This document shows positions 8,428-15,727 of a stretch of DNA of 32,000 bases, piece after piece (position 1 is the stretch's first letter; the number at the start of each line of letters is the position of its first letter). A program made the position numbers and the translations under genes. Under the pieces are notes generated by a model. It had not been told where the DNA came from and did no database searches. It was given only the letters and a program-made list of their open reading frames with translations. The stretch comes from Planctomycetales bacterium (GTDB taxonomy: Bacteria; 4484-113; JAFGCY01): assembly GCA_022646745.1 (NCBI GenBank), contig CP060262.1, positions 2,460,001 to 2,492,000 on the forward strand, in the 5' to 3' direction.

Positions 8428-8963
8428 TTCAATGTTTTGCGATCCAATCCTTGTTCGCGGGGAACCCGGCGCAGCGCATCCCGGTCTATCATGCTGAAAT
8501 GGATCCGCAATCCAATACCAATTCTGAGCTGCTGCACTGGCTGTCGCGGCGCATGATGGACTGGATCATCCGGCACCGCTGGCAACGCAATTACCTTGTT
8601 GCGCTGGCGGTCGTCGTATTGCTGGGCGCTCTGCCTTATGACCTGTACTTCCTGACCCCGCCTGATACCCCATATCTGAGCGTGTCCCTGCCACTTGGGA
8701 ATTCCGCAGGCAGCGTCTATGTGCTGACGAACTCGATCGTATGGAGCTGGCTGTACTTCTCCCTTGTTGCGATGACCCTGTTGTTCGGGATCCGCATGCT
8801 GATTGATTGTGTACGCTTGCCGGGACGGCAGCCAATGCGGCAGGCAATGCAGAGCTATGCAATCGAAATCTGGTCCGGTGGATCGGCGGTGCTTGCGGTG
8901 GTGCTGGCTGTGGCGATCCTGCCGATGCTGCCTGCGATGCTTGCTGGATATCTGTTCAGATGA
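8424..8963 (+). CDS. Hypothetical small integral membrane protein (about 3 TM helices)
   Basis: 179-aa ORF with an alternative start at ATG 8499 (MDPQSNTN...). Hydrophobic segments are LVALAVVVLLGALPY, WSWLYFSLVAMTLLFGI and SAVLAVVLAVAILPMLPAMLAGYL. No clear Shine-Dalgarno sequence. The first ATG lies inside repeat copy A. No family recognised. Confidence 0.5.
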   Translation: MIQCFAIQSLFAGNPAQRIPVYHAEMDPQSNTNSELLHWLSRRMMDWIIRHRWQRNYLVALAVVVLLGALPYDLYFLTPPDTPYLSVSLPLGNSAGSVYVLTNSIVWSWLYFSLVAMTLLFGIRMLIDCVRLPGRQPMRQAMQSYAIEIWSGGSAVLAVVLAVAILPMLPAMLAGYLFR

Positions 8964-8973
8964 GGGTTTGGAT

Positions 8974-9107
8974 ATGCAATGAAGTAGGGATGCAGTAATA
9001 CCGCATCCCCGCGGCAGTATTACTGCCGCCCTGCGGCCAGTAGGATTGCATTGCCAACTTCGTAACGTCCACTCCCTGTCGTCGCGAGGCGCCGCCGCTA
9101 CACATGG
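8974..9107. repeat. 134-bp direct repeat, copy B (twin-hairpin element at 8981-9037)
   Basis: See copy A. In copy B the first hairpin has one uncompensated change (GGGATGCAGTA versus TACCGCATCCC), and the distal hairpin is weakened (CGTCGC-GAG-GCGCCG). Confidence 0.85.
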
Positions 9108-9283
9108 ATTGGATGGTACGTCGAAGTTCAGGAGAAAGCATGTCGCCGCTAATTCATTTGCAACTTCAGCGCGATCCCGCCTACGGCGGGACTTCGCCAA
9201 CGGCTCAGCCCGTAACTTCAGCGCGACCGGGCGAAACTTGCTTTCGCCCCAGCGCCAGACCAGTGAGCCTTTAGGCGAACTGG

Positions 9284-9319
9284 AGAAAAAACAATGGCCC
9301 CGGCATGGGGACCGGGGCC
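9284..9319 (-). terminator. Rho-independent-type terminator read on the minus strand
   Basis: On the minus strand, GGCCCCGG-TCCCCATG-CCGGGGCC forms an 8-bp GC stem (9296-9303 with 9312-9319) followed by ATTGTTTTTTCTC. No convincing minus-strand CDS lies upstream of it. Confidence 0.5.
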
Positions 9320-9511
9320 AGTGCAGATGGAAATTGATGGGAATGATGGGATATGGGAATCGCTCATTCAGGCATAGCCCGGACGCGCCGGGTGCCGTTG
9401 ACAGGTTGTCAATCTACACTTCCGGCCTGGAAGAACCGGAGCCCCTGGATGCCCCGGTTTTTCCAAACCATGTGTAATACCCGGGCTTGTGGGGCTGTAA
9501 ACAGCCCTTTA

Positions 9512-9591
9512 GCAGAAAGCAGAGAGCAGAATGCCGAAAGCAGACTTGGAGTATCGGAGGTGTAGTCTGCTCTCGGCTTTCTGCTTTCTGC
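9512..9591. repeat. Long imperfect hairpin built from inverted arrays of tandem heptamers (GCAGARA)
   Basis: The left arm is GCAGAAA GCAGAGA GCAGAAT GCCGAAA GCAGAC (9512-9545). The right arm is GTCTGC TCTCGGC TTTCTGC TTTCTGC (9565-9591). The outer 12 bp pair perfectly (9512-9523 with 9580-9591). The inner stem is 13 positions (9533-9545 with 9565-9577), of which 12 pair. The loop is 19 nt. Confidence 0.8.
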
Positions 9592-9609
9592 GCACGCTAT
9601 CCTAGTCCC

Positions 9610-10089
9610 ATGTCCGATTCCCCGCGCAGGCTGTACTTCGCCTATGGATCCAACCTCTCGCGCGATCAGATGGCTGATCGCTGTCCCGCCGCCCTGCCGC
9701 TGGCACCCTATGCGCTCGGCGGACACCGGCTGGAGTTCGTCGGCGAGGGCAACTCCCGCTGGGGCCGGGGCGGCGTGGCCACCGTGGTGCCGCAGCCCGG
9801 CAGCTCCGTGCCCGGAGCACTGTGGCTGCTGACACCGGAGTGTGAGGCCGCTCTCGACCGCTTCGAGGGTGTGGACAGTGGACGCTACTTCCGTGATGAG
9901 CAGCTGATGCAGCATGATGGCAATCCGGTGCTGATCTATATCGCGACGGACGAGCGCGGCGCTGCCAACAAGCCGAACCGCAAGTATCTGGATGTGATCA
10001 CCCTCGGCTACGCCAACTGGCAACTGGACCCATCAGGGCTGCTGGGGATTGAGTGCTACCGCGAGGATGAGGGCTGGCCGCCGGCCTGA
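9610..10089 (+). CDS. Gamma-glutamylcyclotransferase / AIG2-like (GGACT) family protein
   Basis: Part of ORF 9487..10089. The preferred start is ATG 9610 (MSDSPRRLYFAYGSNLSRDQMADRCP...). The YGSN motif and a FEGV glutamate are present. Confidence 0.75.
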   Translation: MSDSPRRLYFAYGSNLSRDQMADRCPAALPLAPYALGGHRLEFVGEGNSRWGRGGVATVVPQPGSSVPGALWLLTPECEAALDRFEGVDSGRYFRDEQLMQHDGNPVLIYIATDERGAANKPNRKYLDVITLGYANWQLDPSGLLGIECYREDEGWPPA

Positions 10090-10097
10090 GCCTGTCG

Positions 10098-11318
10098 CTA
10101 CTTCGCCGGGCCGATTTCCAGTTCCGTCGCCGTTTCGGTGATCACCTTGCCTTCATCCTCCGTGCCGACAGGCAGCCAGTCGATGCGCAAGGCGGTGACC
10201 GTGGACAGCGCCTGCTGTTCGGTCACGCTGCCGAGCGGCACCCAGCTTGAGCCGCTGCCGAAGCGCAGCCTGATCACAGGCAGGGGCAGCTTGGCCGGCG
10301 GATCCAGCGGGTTGAAGGGGTAGAGGTAGCCCATGAACAGCGGTGGCTGCCAGGGCAGGGCCAGCTCCGTGCTGCTCACGAGCTGCATCCCGGCCGCAGT
10401 GCCGTAACCCTGCGCATTCACACCGAAGTATTCCCGGCCGTCGCCACCCGGTACACCGATCGCAAACGATGTGCTGTCCGTAGCCGCGATGCCGGCCGGC
10501 GGGTAAGGTCCGGGCAGCGAGCCAGGACGCACATCGCCCTGCGGCACAATGCAGCCTGCGAGGTTAATGGTCTGTCCGGCGAGGTTGAACTCCACTGCGC
10601 CACCCTCGCTGTTGGATATGCGCAGGTCATCGGGCCAGTCCGCCGGGACGTACACGCCGACCACGATGCGGTCGCCGACCTCAATGTCGGGGTAGAGCGG
10701 GGAGAAGTCGAGGATGTTCTGCCCCCGGTAGACATTCACCGGGTTGCCGACGATCAGCGGGTAGGCGCCGCCGAAGATGGACTGCCCGGCGGGGATGTCC
10801 GTCAGCAGGAAGTTGCCCGGCAGGCTGTCCCACTGCGCCGCCGCTTCAGCGGAGAGGTAACGCTCGTTGTCGGAGGGCATGATGCTGAACACGGCGGAGC
10901 TTTCGTAGGACTCGCTGTTCCAGCCCTTGATGTGGATCGCGTCACTGCCACTGTAGCAGACCACGTTCGGCGGGGCGGGCAGGCTGGCCACCGGGATATC
11001 CGTGCGCAGGCGGCGCACCGGCTGCACGACGGTGCCGAGGTCCACGCCGGGCCGGTTGAACAGGAAGGTCGCCGGCGGGTCCACGATGCGGATGATGCCG
11101 CCACGGCGGTTGTCGATCACCAGGCTGTATGCCAGCTTCGACTGGGCGCGGGGTACATCGAGCAGCGGGTCCTGCTCCAGCACCACCGGCCGGCTGTCCT
11201 TCGCCGGTGCGGTTACGGCCGGGGCCGCCTCAGGCGTTGCCGCTTCCTGCGCGTGGCCGACGGCCAGCCCCATAAGCAGGACGGGCAGGGTCAGCAGGCT
11301 GTGCTTCAGCATCCGCAT
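10098..11318 (-). CDS. Secreted hypothetical protein (406 aa)
   Basis: The signal peptide is MRMLKHSLLTLPVLLMGLAVGHA. The composition looks coding, unlike the overlapping shadow ORFs. The gene is convergent with the GGACT gene, with stops 8 nt apart. Confidence 0.7.
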   Translation of the reverse strand: MRMLKHSLLTLPVLLMGLAVGHAQEAATPEAAPAVTAPAKDSRPVVLEQDPLLDVPRAQSKLAYSLVIDNRRGGIIRIVDPPATFLFNRPGVDLGTVVQPVRRLRTDIPVASLPAPPNVVCYSGSDAIHIKGWNSESYESSAVFSIMPSDNERYLSAEAAAQWDSLPGNFLLTDIPAGQSIFGGAYPLIVGNPVNVYRGQNILDFSPLYPDIEVGDRIVVGVYVPADWPDDLRISNSEGGAVEFNLAGQTINLAGCIVPQGDVRPGSLPGPYPPAGIAATDSTSFAIGVPGGDGREYFGVNAQGYGTAAGMQLVSSTELALPWQPPLFMGYLYPFNPLDPPAKLPLPVIRLRFGSGSSWVPLGSVTEQQALSTVTALRIDWLPVGTEDEGKVITETATELEIGPAK

Positions 11319-11391
11319 ACCTTATTAATATATCCTGCCTCGCATTTTGTTAATACATTGCGAACAGCTCTGTCCTGCTACACTTTTAGGC

Positions 11392-11787
11392 ATGGACAGC
11401 AATCAACGGGACAGTAAGAAGAAGAGCGGGCTGAGCACTGCAGTGGTCGGAGTGCTGGTGCTGGCCATCCTGGCCGGACTGGTGCTGGGATTCATGGCCT
11501 GGAAGCGCATCCAGGACAGCAAACCGATCCCGATCGGGGAGATCCTCGGCGACTTGCGCACATACGACGGGCAGGTGGTGCATATCGAGGGGGAGGTCGT
11601 GGGCGGCATGAACCTGGTGGTGAAGTGGTTCGACGTCAGCGACGGCACGGGCACGATTTCCGTCGTGACCGAGCGCGGCCTGCCCACCAAGGGCACGACG
11701 GTCAAGGTGGATGGTCAGGTGAATGAGCTGTTCAACCTCGGCGGGATCTCCAAGACCGTGATCATGGAAATGCCCGAACAGCAATAA
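11392..11787 (+). CDS. Membrane-anchored hypothetical protein with a small beta-rich (OB-like) ectodomain
   Basis: Part of ORF 11347..11787. The preferred start is ATG 11392 (MDSNQRDSKKKSG). One TM helix (LSTAVVGVLVLAILAGLVLGFMAW) is followed by GQVVHIEGEVVGGMNLVVKWFDVSDGTGTISVV...VKVDGQV. The OB-fold call is inference only. Confidence 0.6.
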   Translation: MDSNQRDSKKKSGLSTAVVGVLVLAILAGLVLGFMAWKRIQDSKPIPIGEILGDLRTYDGQVVHIEGEVVGGMNLVVKWFDVSDGTGTISVVTERGLPTKGTTVKVDGQVNELFNLGGISKTVIMEMPEQQ

Positions 11788-11924
11788 AAGGCGCATGGGG
11801 ACTTGATTTTCCGCGTATTCCCGGTAAAATACCTGATCCCCCGCAAGGGGGCTCGGCGGATTCCTTCCGGGGCCTGCATGCCGTATTCGGCCGCTTCCAT
11901 GCGCCGTTTGCGCGCTTGCCTTTG

Positions 11925-11933
11925 TGATATAAT
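11925..11933 (+). promoter_or_regulatory. Extended -10 promoter candidate for rpsO
   Basis: TGATATAAT, made of TG at 11925-11926 and TATAAT at 11928-11933, lies 65 nt upstream of the rpsO ATG. The leader contains CCAGG-TGGCGT-CCTGG (11971-11986), which overlaps the GGAG Shine-Dalgarno sequence. Confidence 0.4.
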
Positions 11934-11997
11934 CTCGCGAGCTAAGTAAAAAGGTAGAAGAAATTAGGCGCCAGGTGGCGTCCTGGAGAATACGACA

Positions 11998-12267
11998 ATG
12001 GCAATGGATGCAGACGTAAGAGCCGGAATATTTTCGAAGTTCCAGCACCATGACAAGGATACCGGTTCCGCAGAGGTTCAGATCGCCCTGCTGACCCAGC
12101 GCATCGAGGACCTGAACGCACATCTGAAGGTCCACAAGAAGGACAAGCATTCCCGCCGCGGCCTGCTGCAGATGGTCGGCCGCCGCCGCAAGTTCCTCGC
12201 ATACCTGCAGAAGAAGAGCTTTTCCAAGTACCAGACCGTGATCAAGGAACTGGGACTGCGTAAGTAG
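11998..12267 (+). CDS. rpsO: 30S ribosomal protein S15
   Basis: The 89-aa product ([50 protein letters not shown]) is unmistakably S15. It has the conserved position upstream of pnp. Confidence 0.95.
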   Translation: MAMDADVRAGIFSKFQHHDKDTGSAEVQIALLTQRIEDLNAHLKVHKKDKHSRRGLLQMVGRRRKFLAYLQKKSFSKYQTVIKELGLRK

Positions 12268-12389
12268 TCCGGTTCCCTTTTCATTTTCTGACGCCAAGCC
12301 TTTCTTCTTCCTGCACAACTACCGCAACCTTTTTACCTGGCCGTGTGTGCGCGCAAGTGGCGCGCAAATGAATTCACAAGAGGCTAGAA

Positions 12390-14816
12390 GTGAAGAAATT
12401 CAAGCTGGACCTTACACAGGGGTCCGATTCGTTTACGATTGAATCAGGCGTGATCGCCAAGCAGGCCGGCGGGGCAGTGCTCCTCCGGCATGGGGACTTC
12501 GTACTGCTGTGCTGCGCCACCGCCAGCCGCCAGCCGCGGGAGGGCATCGACTTCTTCCCGCTGATGGTGGACTACGAGGAGAAGTTCTACGCGGCGGGCA
12601 AGTTCCCCGGCGGCTTCATCAAGCGTGAGGCCCGCCCCTCGGAGCAGGCCGTGCTGATCTCCCGCAAGATCGACCGCACGATCCGCCCGATGTTCCCGGA
12701 CGACTACCACAACGACGTGCAGATCATCGTGACCGCCCTGTCCCAGGACAACGAGGCGATCCCCGATGTCTATGCGATCAACGGTGCCTCGCTGGCGCTG
12801 GCGATCAGCAACATCCCCTACGAGAACCCCATCGCCGCCTGCCGCATCGGCCGCATCAACGGTGAGTTCATCCTCAACCCGAGCTTCGAGCAGATGGAGG
12901 AGAGTGACCTCGACCTGCTGGTCAGCGGCACGAAGAACCGTGTCAACATGATCGAGGATGAGAGTAAGGAAGTGGCGGTCGAGGATGTCTACAAGGGCAT
13001 CGAGCTGGCCTTTGGCTACATCAGCGAGCTGGCCACGAAGATCGCCGAGATCAGCAAGGAGTACAGCCGCGAGAAGGCGGCCTACACCCCGAAGCCTGAG
13101 ATGGACAGCGCGCTGGCCGAGAAGATCCGCGCCTATGCCGAGCCGAAGATCCGTGAGCTGATCCCGGCGGATGGCAAGGAGGACCTGTTCGGCAAGCTCG
13201 ATGCGCTGAAGAGCGAGACCGCCCAGCACATCCTCGAGTCCGATCCGGATGCTGACAGTGGCCAGGTCAAGGGCTACGTCGGCAAGCTCGTGAAGAAGGA
13301 AGCCCGCGCGATGACCATGAACGGCACGCGCATCGACCGCCGTGCACCGGGTGACATCCGCCCGATCGAGTGCATGGTGGACCTGCTGCCCCGCGTGCAT
13401 GGCTCCGCGCTGTTCACCCGTGGCCAGACCCAGGCGCTGAGCTGCCTGACGCTTGGCAGCGGCGGCGACCGCCAGCGGATTGACACCGTCAACTTCGATG
13501 CCTCCAAGCGCTATATGCACCACTACAACTTCCCGCCCTACAGCGTCGGCGAGACCCGTCCGAGCCGCGGCCCCGGCCGTCGCGAGATCGGTCACGGCGT
13601 GCTGGCGGAGAAGGCAGTGGTGCCCGTGCTGCCGGATGAGGATGTGTTCCCGTACACCATCCGCGTCGTGAGCGAGACCACCGAGAGCAACGCCTCGTCC
13701 TCGATGGCGAGCACCTGTGGTTCGATCCTGGCGCTGATGGCGGCCGGCGTGCCGATCAAGCGCCCCGTCGGCGGCATCTCGATCGGCCTCGTCACCAGCG
13801 GCGACGATTACCGCCTGCTGATGGACCTGTCCGGTTTCGAGGACTTCAACGGCGACATGGACTTCAAGGTGACCGGTTCCCGCGAGGGCATCACCGCGAT
13901 CCAGCTCGACGTGAAGATCGAGGGCCTGACGATGGCAATGGTCAAGGAGACCCTCGAACTGGCCTACAAGGGCTACGTCACCGTGATCGAGCAGATGGAG
14001 GAAGTGATCCCCGCGCCGCGTGAGACGATCAGCCAGTACGCTCCGATGCTGGAGATGCTGCAGATCGAGGTGGACCAGATCGGCCTCGTGATCGGGCCCA
14101 GCGGCAAGAACATCAAGAAGATCGTCAGCGAGACCGGTGCCGAAGTCGACATCGACGACGAGGGCCGTGTGTTCGTGACCGGCACCGACCACGAGGGTGT
14201 GCAGCGTGCGTTGTCAATCATCCGCGCGATGACCACCACCGTCAAGCAGGGTGACGAGTTCAAGGGCGCCGTTGTCAGGCTGATGCCGTTTGCGGCATTC
14301 GTCGAGCTGGTGCCTGGCCGTGACGGATTCCTGCACGTCTCCAAGGTGGCTGACCACCGCGTGGAGAACATCGAGGATGAGCTGAAGATCGGCGACATCA
14401 TCCCGGTCAAGATCGAGGAGATCGACGAGGCCGGCAAGATCAGCCTGATCCGCACCGACATCGAGTACACCCAGCGCGACCGCGGTGGTCGTGGCGGCGG
14501 TGGTGGTGACCGGGGTGGACGCGGCGGCGGCGACCGTGGTGGACGCGGCGGCGGCGGTGGCTATGGCGGCGATCGTGGTGGACGTGGCGGTGGCGACCGT
14601 GGCGGACGCGGCGGTGGCGGAGGCTACGGCGGTGACCGTGGCGGCCGTGGCGGCGGCGACCGTGATGGCGGCGGCCGCAGTGGCGGCCGTCCCGGAGGCT
14701 TCGGCGGTGGCGATCGTCCGCAGAGCGGCGACTGGAACAACCGCGGCGGTGGCAACCGTGAAGGCGGTGGCGAGCGCAAGGAAGGCGGAGACGACAAGTA
14801 CGGCTACGCCGACTAG
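12390..14816 (+). CDS. pnp: Polyribonucleotide nucleotidyltransferase (PNPase) with a C-terminal RGG-rich extension
   Basis: GTG start at 12390 after AGAGG. Two RNase PH-like domains are present (FPLMVDYEEKFYAAGKFPGGFIKREARPSE; HHYNFPPYSVGE...GRREIGHG), followed by KH (GPSGKNIKKI) and S1 (GAVVRLMPFAAFVEL). A ~113-aa Gly/Arg tail occupies 14475-14813. Confidence 0.95.
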   Translation: MKKFKLDLTQGSDSFTIESGVIAKQAGGAVLLRHGDFVLLCCATASRQPREGIDFFPLMVDYEEKFYAAGKFPGGFIKREARPSEQAVLISRKIDRTIRPMFPDDYHNDVQIIVTALSQDNEAIPDVYAINGASLALAISNIPYENPIAACRIGRINGEFILNPSFEQMEESDLDLLVSGTKNRVNMIEDESKEVAVEDVYKGIELAFGYISELATKIAEISKEYSREKAAYTPKPEMDSALAEKIRAYAEPKIRELIPADGKEDLFGKLDALKSETAQHILESDPDADSGQVKGYVGKLVKKEARAMTMNGTRIDRRAPGDIRPIECMVDLLPRVHGSALFTRGQTQALSCLTLGSGGDRQRIDTVNFDASKRYMHHYNFPPYSVGETRPSRGPGRREIGHGVLAEKAVVPVLPDEDVFPYTIRVVSETTESNASSSMASTCGSILALMAAGVPIKRPVGGISIGLVTSGDDYRLLMDLSGFEDFNGDMDFKVTGSREGITAIQLDVKIEGLTMAMVKETLELAYKGYVTVIEQMEEVIPAPRETISQYAPMLEMLQIEVDQIGLVIGPSGKNIKKIVSETGAEVDIDDEGRVFVTGTDHEGVQRALSIIRAMTTTVKQGDEFKGAVVRLMPFAAFVELVPGRDGFLHVSKVADHRVENIEDELKIGDIIPVKIEEIDEAGKISLIRTDIEYTQRDRGGRGGGGGDRGGRGGGDRGGRGGGGGYGGDRGGRGGGDRGGRGGGGGYGGDRGGRGGGDRDGGGRSGGRPGGFGGGDRPQSGDWNNRGGGNREGGGERKEGGDDKYGYAD
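14508..14678 (+). repeat. 63-bp tandem repeat (about 2.7 units) inside the pnp 3' end
   Basis: Units begin at 14508, 14571 and 14634. Each encodes DRGGRGGGDRGGRGGGGGYGG, and the third unit is partial. Confidence 0.85.
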
Positions 14817-14847
14817 TTGCTCACGCTGACAACTGAATGGAACACGG

Positions 14848-14877
14848 AAGCCCGGGGTACATGCCCCGGGCTTTTTG
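14848..14877 (+). terminator. Rho-independent terminator of pnp
   Basis: AAGCCCGGGG-TACATG-CCCCGGGCTT forms a perfect 10-bp stem followed by TTTTG. Confidence 0.85.
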
Positions 14878-14889
14878 CGTCAGAGGTTG

Positions 14890-14903
14890 ATATATATATA
14901 TAT
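14890..14903. repeat. (AT)7 dinucleotide tract
   Basis: ATATATATATATAT lies between the pnp terminator and the next gene, 41 nt upstream of ATG 14945. Confidence 0.9.
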
Positions 14904-14944
14904 GCTAGGCTGATCATACTAATTACTTATCCGGAGGGTGGCAG

Positions 14945-15613
14945 ATGAAGACTCTATTTGCATCTGTGCTGCTTGCAGCAATATTGCTGTTGCCAATGAT
15001 GGCCATGGCAGATCAGTTGGATCTGAGTAATGCATTGGCGAATTGTGAGGTGCGGTCCCCAGGCAGTCCCGACTACTCTGAAGACTGGTTGCTGAAGAAG
15101 AACCTTGCAAGGGATCTGACGGAGCAGGAGCAGCTCCTGTTGTCAGAGTACATCACGGATAACGGGACTCCCATCAGCCTGGGCCGTATGCTGATGTATG
15201 TCCGCATCTACATGAGCCAGCACGGTCATTACCCGACTGATGCAACTGATGTGGTGCGGAGCTCCGGGTTCCTGAAGCATGGCATGGAATCAGATCTTGA
15301 CAGCCTGAGTGAATCTGAACTGCTCGAGTACTACAACTTTGCCATCAACCCGCTGACGGGTCGCCTGTATGACAGCTTTGACAATGAGGAATGGGTCCCG
15401 CTGGGGATTCTCATCAAACCGATCACCGGCGAAGGTGGAATCAAGATGATACCCGGTCCCGTGGCTGGAAGTGATCCAAACCACCCTGAAATGGAAATGC
15501 AGCCGATGCGTACCTGGCTGATCCAGGTCTATGGAGAAACCCCCGGGAAAATTCTTCTGCAGGGAAACATCTGGACAGATGCACGAGATGAGAATGACAG
15601 GTGGTGGAAGTAA
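14945..15613 (+). CDS. Secreted hypothetical protein (222 aa), lower-GC gene
   Basis: A GGAGGG Shine-Dalgarno sequence lies at 14932-14937. The signal peptide is MKTLFASVLLAAILLLPMMAMA. Codon third positions are visibly less GC-biased than in pnp or the arg genes. No family recognised. Confidence 0.7.
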   Translation: MKTLFASVLLAAILLLPMMAMADQLDLSNALANCEVRSPGSPDYSEDWLLKKNLARDLTEQEQLLLSEYITDNGTPISLGRMLMYVRIYMSQHGHYPTDATDVVRSSGFLKHGMESDLDSLSESELLEYYNFAINPLTGRLYDSFDNEEWVPLGILIKPITGEGGIKMIPGPVAGSDPNHPEMEMQPMRTWLIQVYGETPGKILLQGNIWTDARDENDRWWK

Positions 15614-15639
15614 CACTAACCAAAACTGTTGGAACACGG

Positions 15640-15669
15640 AAGCCCGGGGTACATTCCCCGGGCTTTTTG
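15640..15669 (+). terminator. Rho-independent terminator (near-identical copy of the pnp terminator)
   Basis: AAGCCCGGGG-TACATT-CCCCGGGCTT followed by TTTTG. It differs from 14848-14877 by one loop base. Confidence 0.85.
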
Positions 15670-15691
15670 CTTGAAATGGGGCAAATTGCCA

Positions 15692-15721
15692 TTGAACTAC
15701 TTACTAAACATATGTTAATAT
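15692..15721 (+). promoter_or_regulatory. Sigma70-type promoter candidate directly abutting a small ORF
   Basis: TTGAAC (15692-15697), an 18-nt spacer and TAATAT (15716-15721). The palindrome AACATATGTT (15707-15716) spans the spacer/-10 junction. The ATG at 15728 is only 6 nt after the -10 hexamer. Confidence 0.4.
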
Positions 15722-15727
15722 GTCGCT

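Noticed and set aside
8294-9107. Idea that the 134-bp repeats are integron attC sites bounding a gene cassette.
   Set aside because: No integron integrase or attI is in the window. I could not find the RYYYAAC/GTTRRRY core pair at the repeat ends, and the repeats are tandem perfect hairpins rather than a single imperfect attC bulged hairpin.
9162-9226. Possible mini-CRISPR, from AACTTCAGCGCGA repeated with a ~39-nt spacer.
   Set aside because: There are only two 13-nt copies, which is too short for CRISPR repeats. No cas genes are present and no regular array exists. No CRISPR array exists anywhere in the window.
8418-10023. ORFs in the gene-poor region: 8418..9200 (-) 260 aa, 9046..9477 (+) 143 aa, 9409..10023 (-) 204 aa, 8005..8388 (-) 127 aa.
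   Set aside because: They run through repeat and hairpin DNA (the same peptide RAAVILP.GCGITASLLHCI is generated from both repeat copies) or lie antisense to the GGACT or membrane-protein genes. They have no Shine-Dalgarno sequence or family motifs.
12268-12389. The rpsO-pnp intergenic hairpin TGCGCGC-AAGTG-GCGCGCA (12349-12367) as an RNase III autoregulatory site.
   Set aside because: This is plausible by analogy with the E. coli pnp leader. However, a single 7-bp stem is too little evidence, and I could not identify the long duplex expected of an RNase III substrate.
14485-14829. 114-aa Ala/Val-rich ORF in another frame across the pnp tail.
   Set aside because: It is an artefact of the GGN/GCN repeat DNA. 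The pnp frame is continuous from the S1 domain and ends at a terminator.
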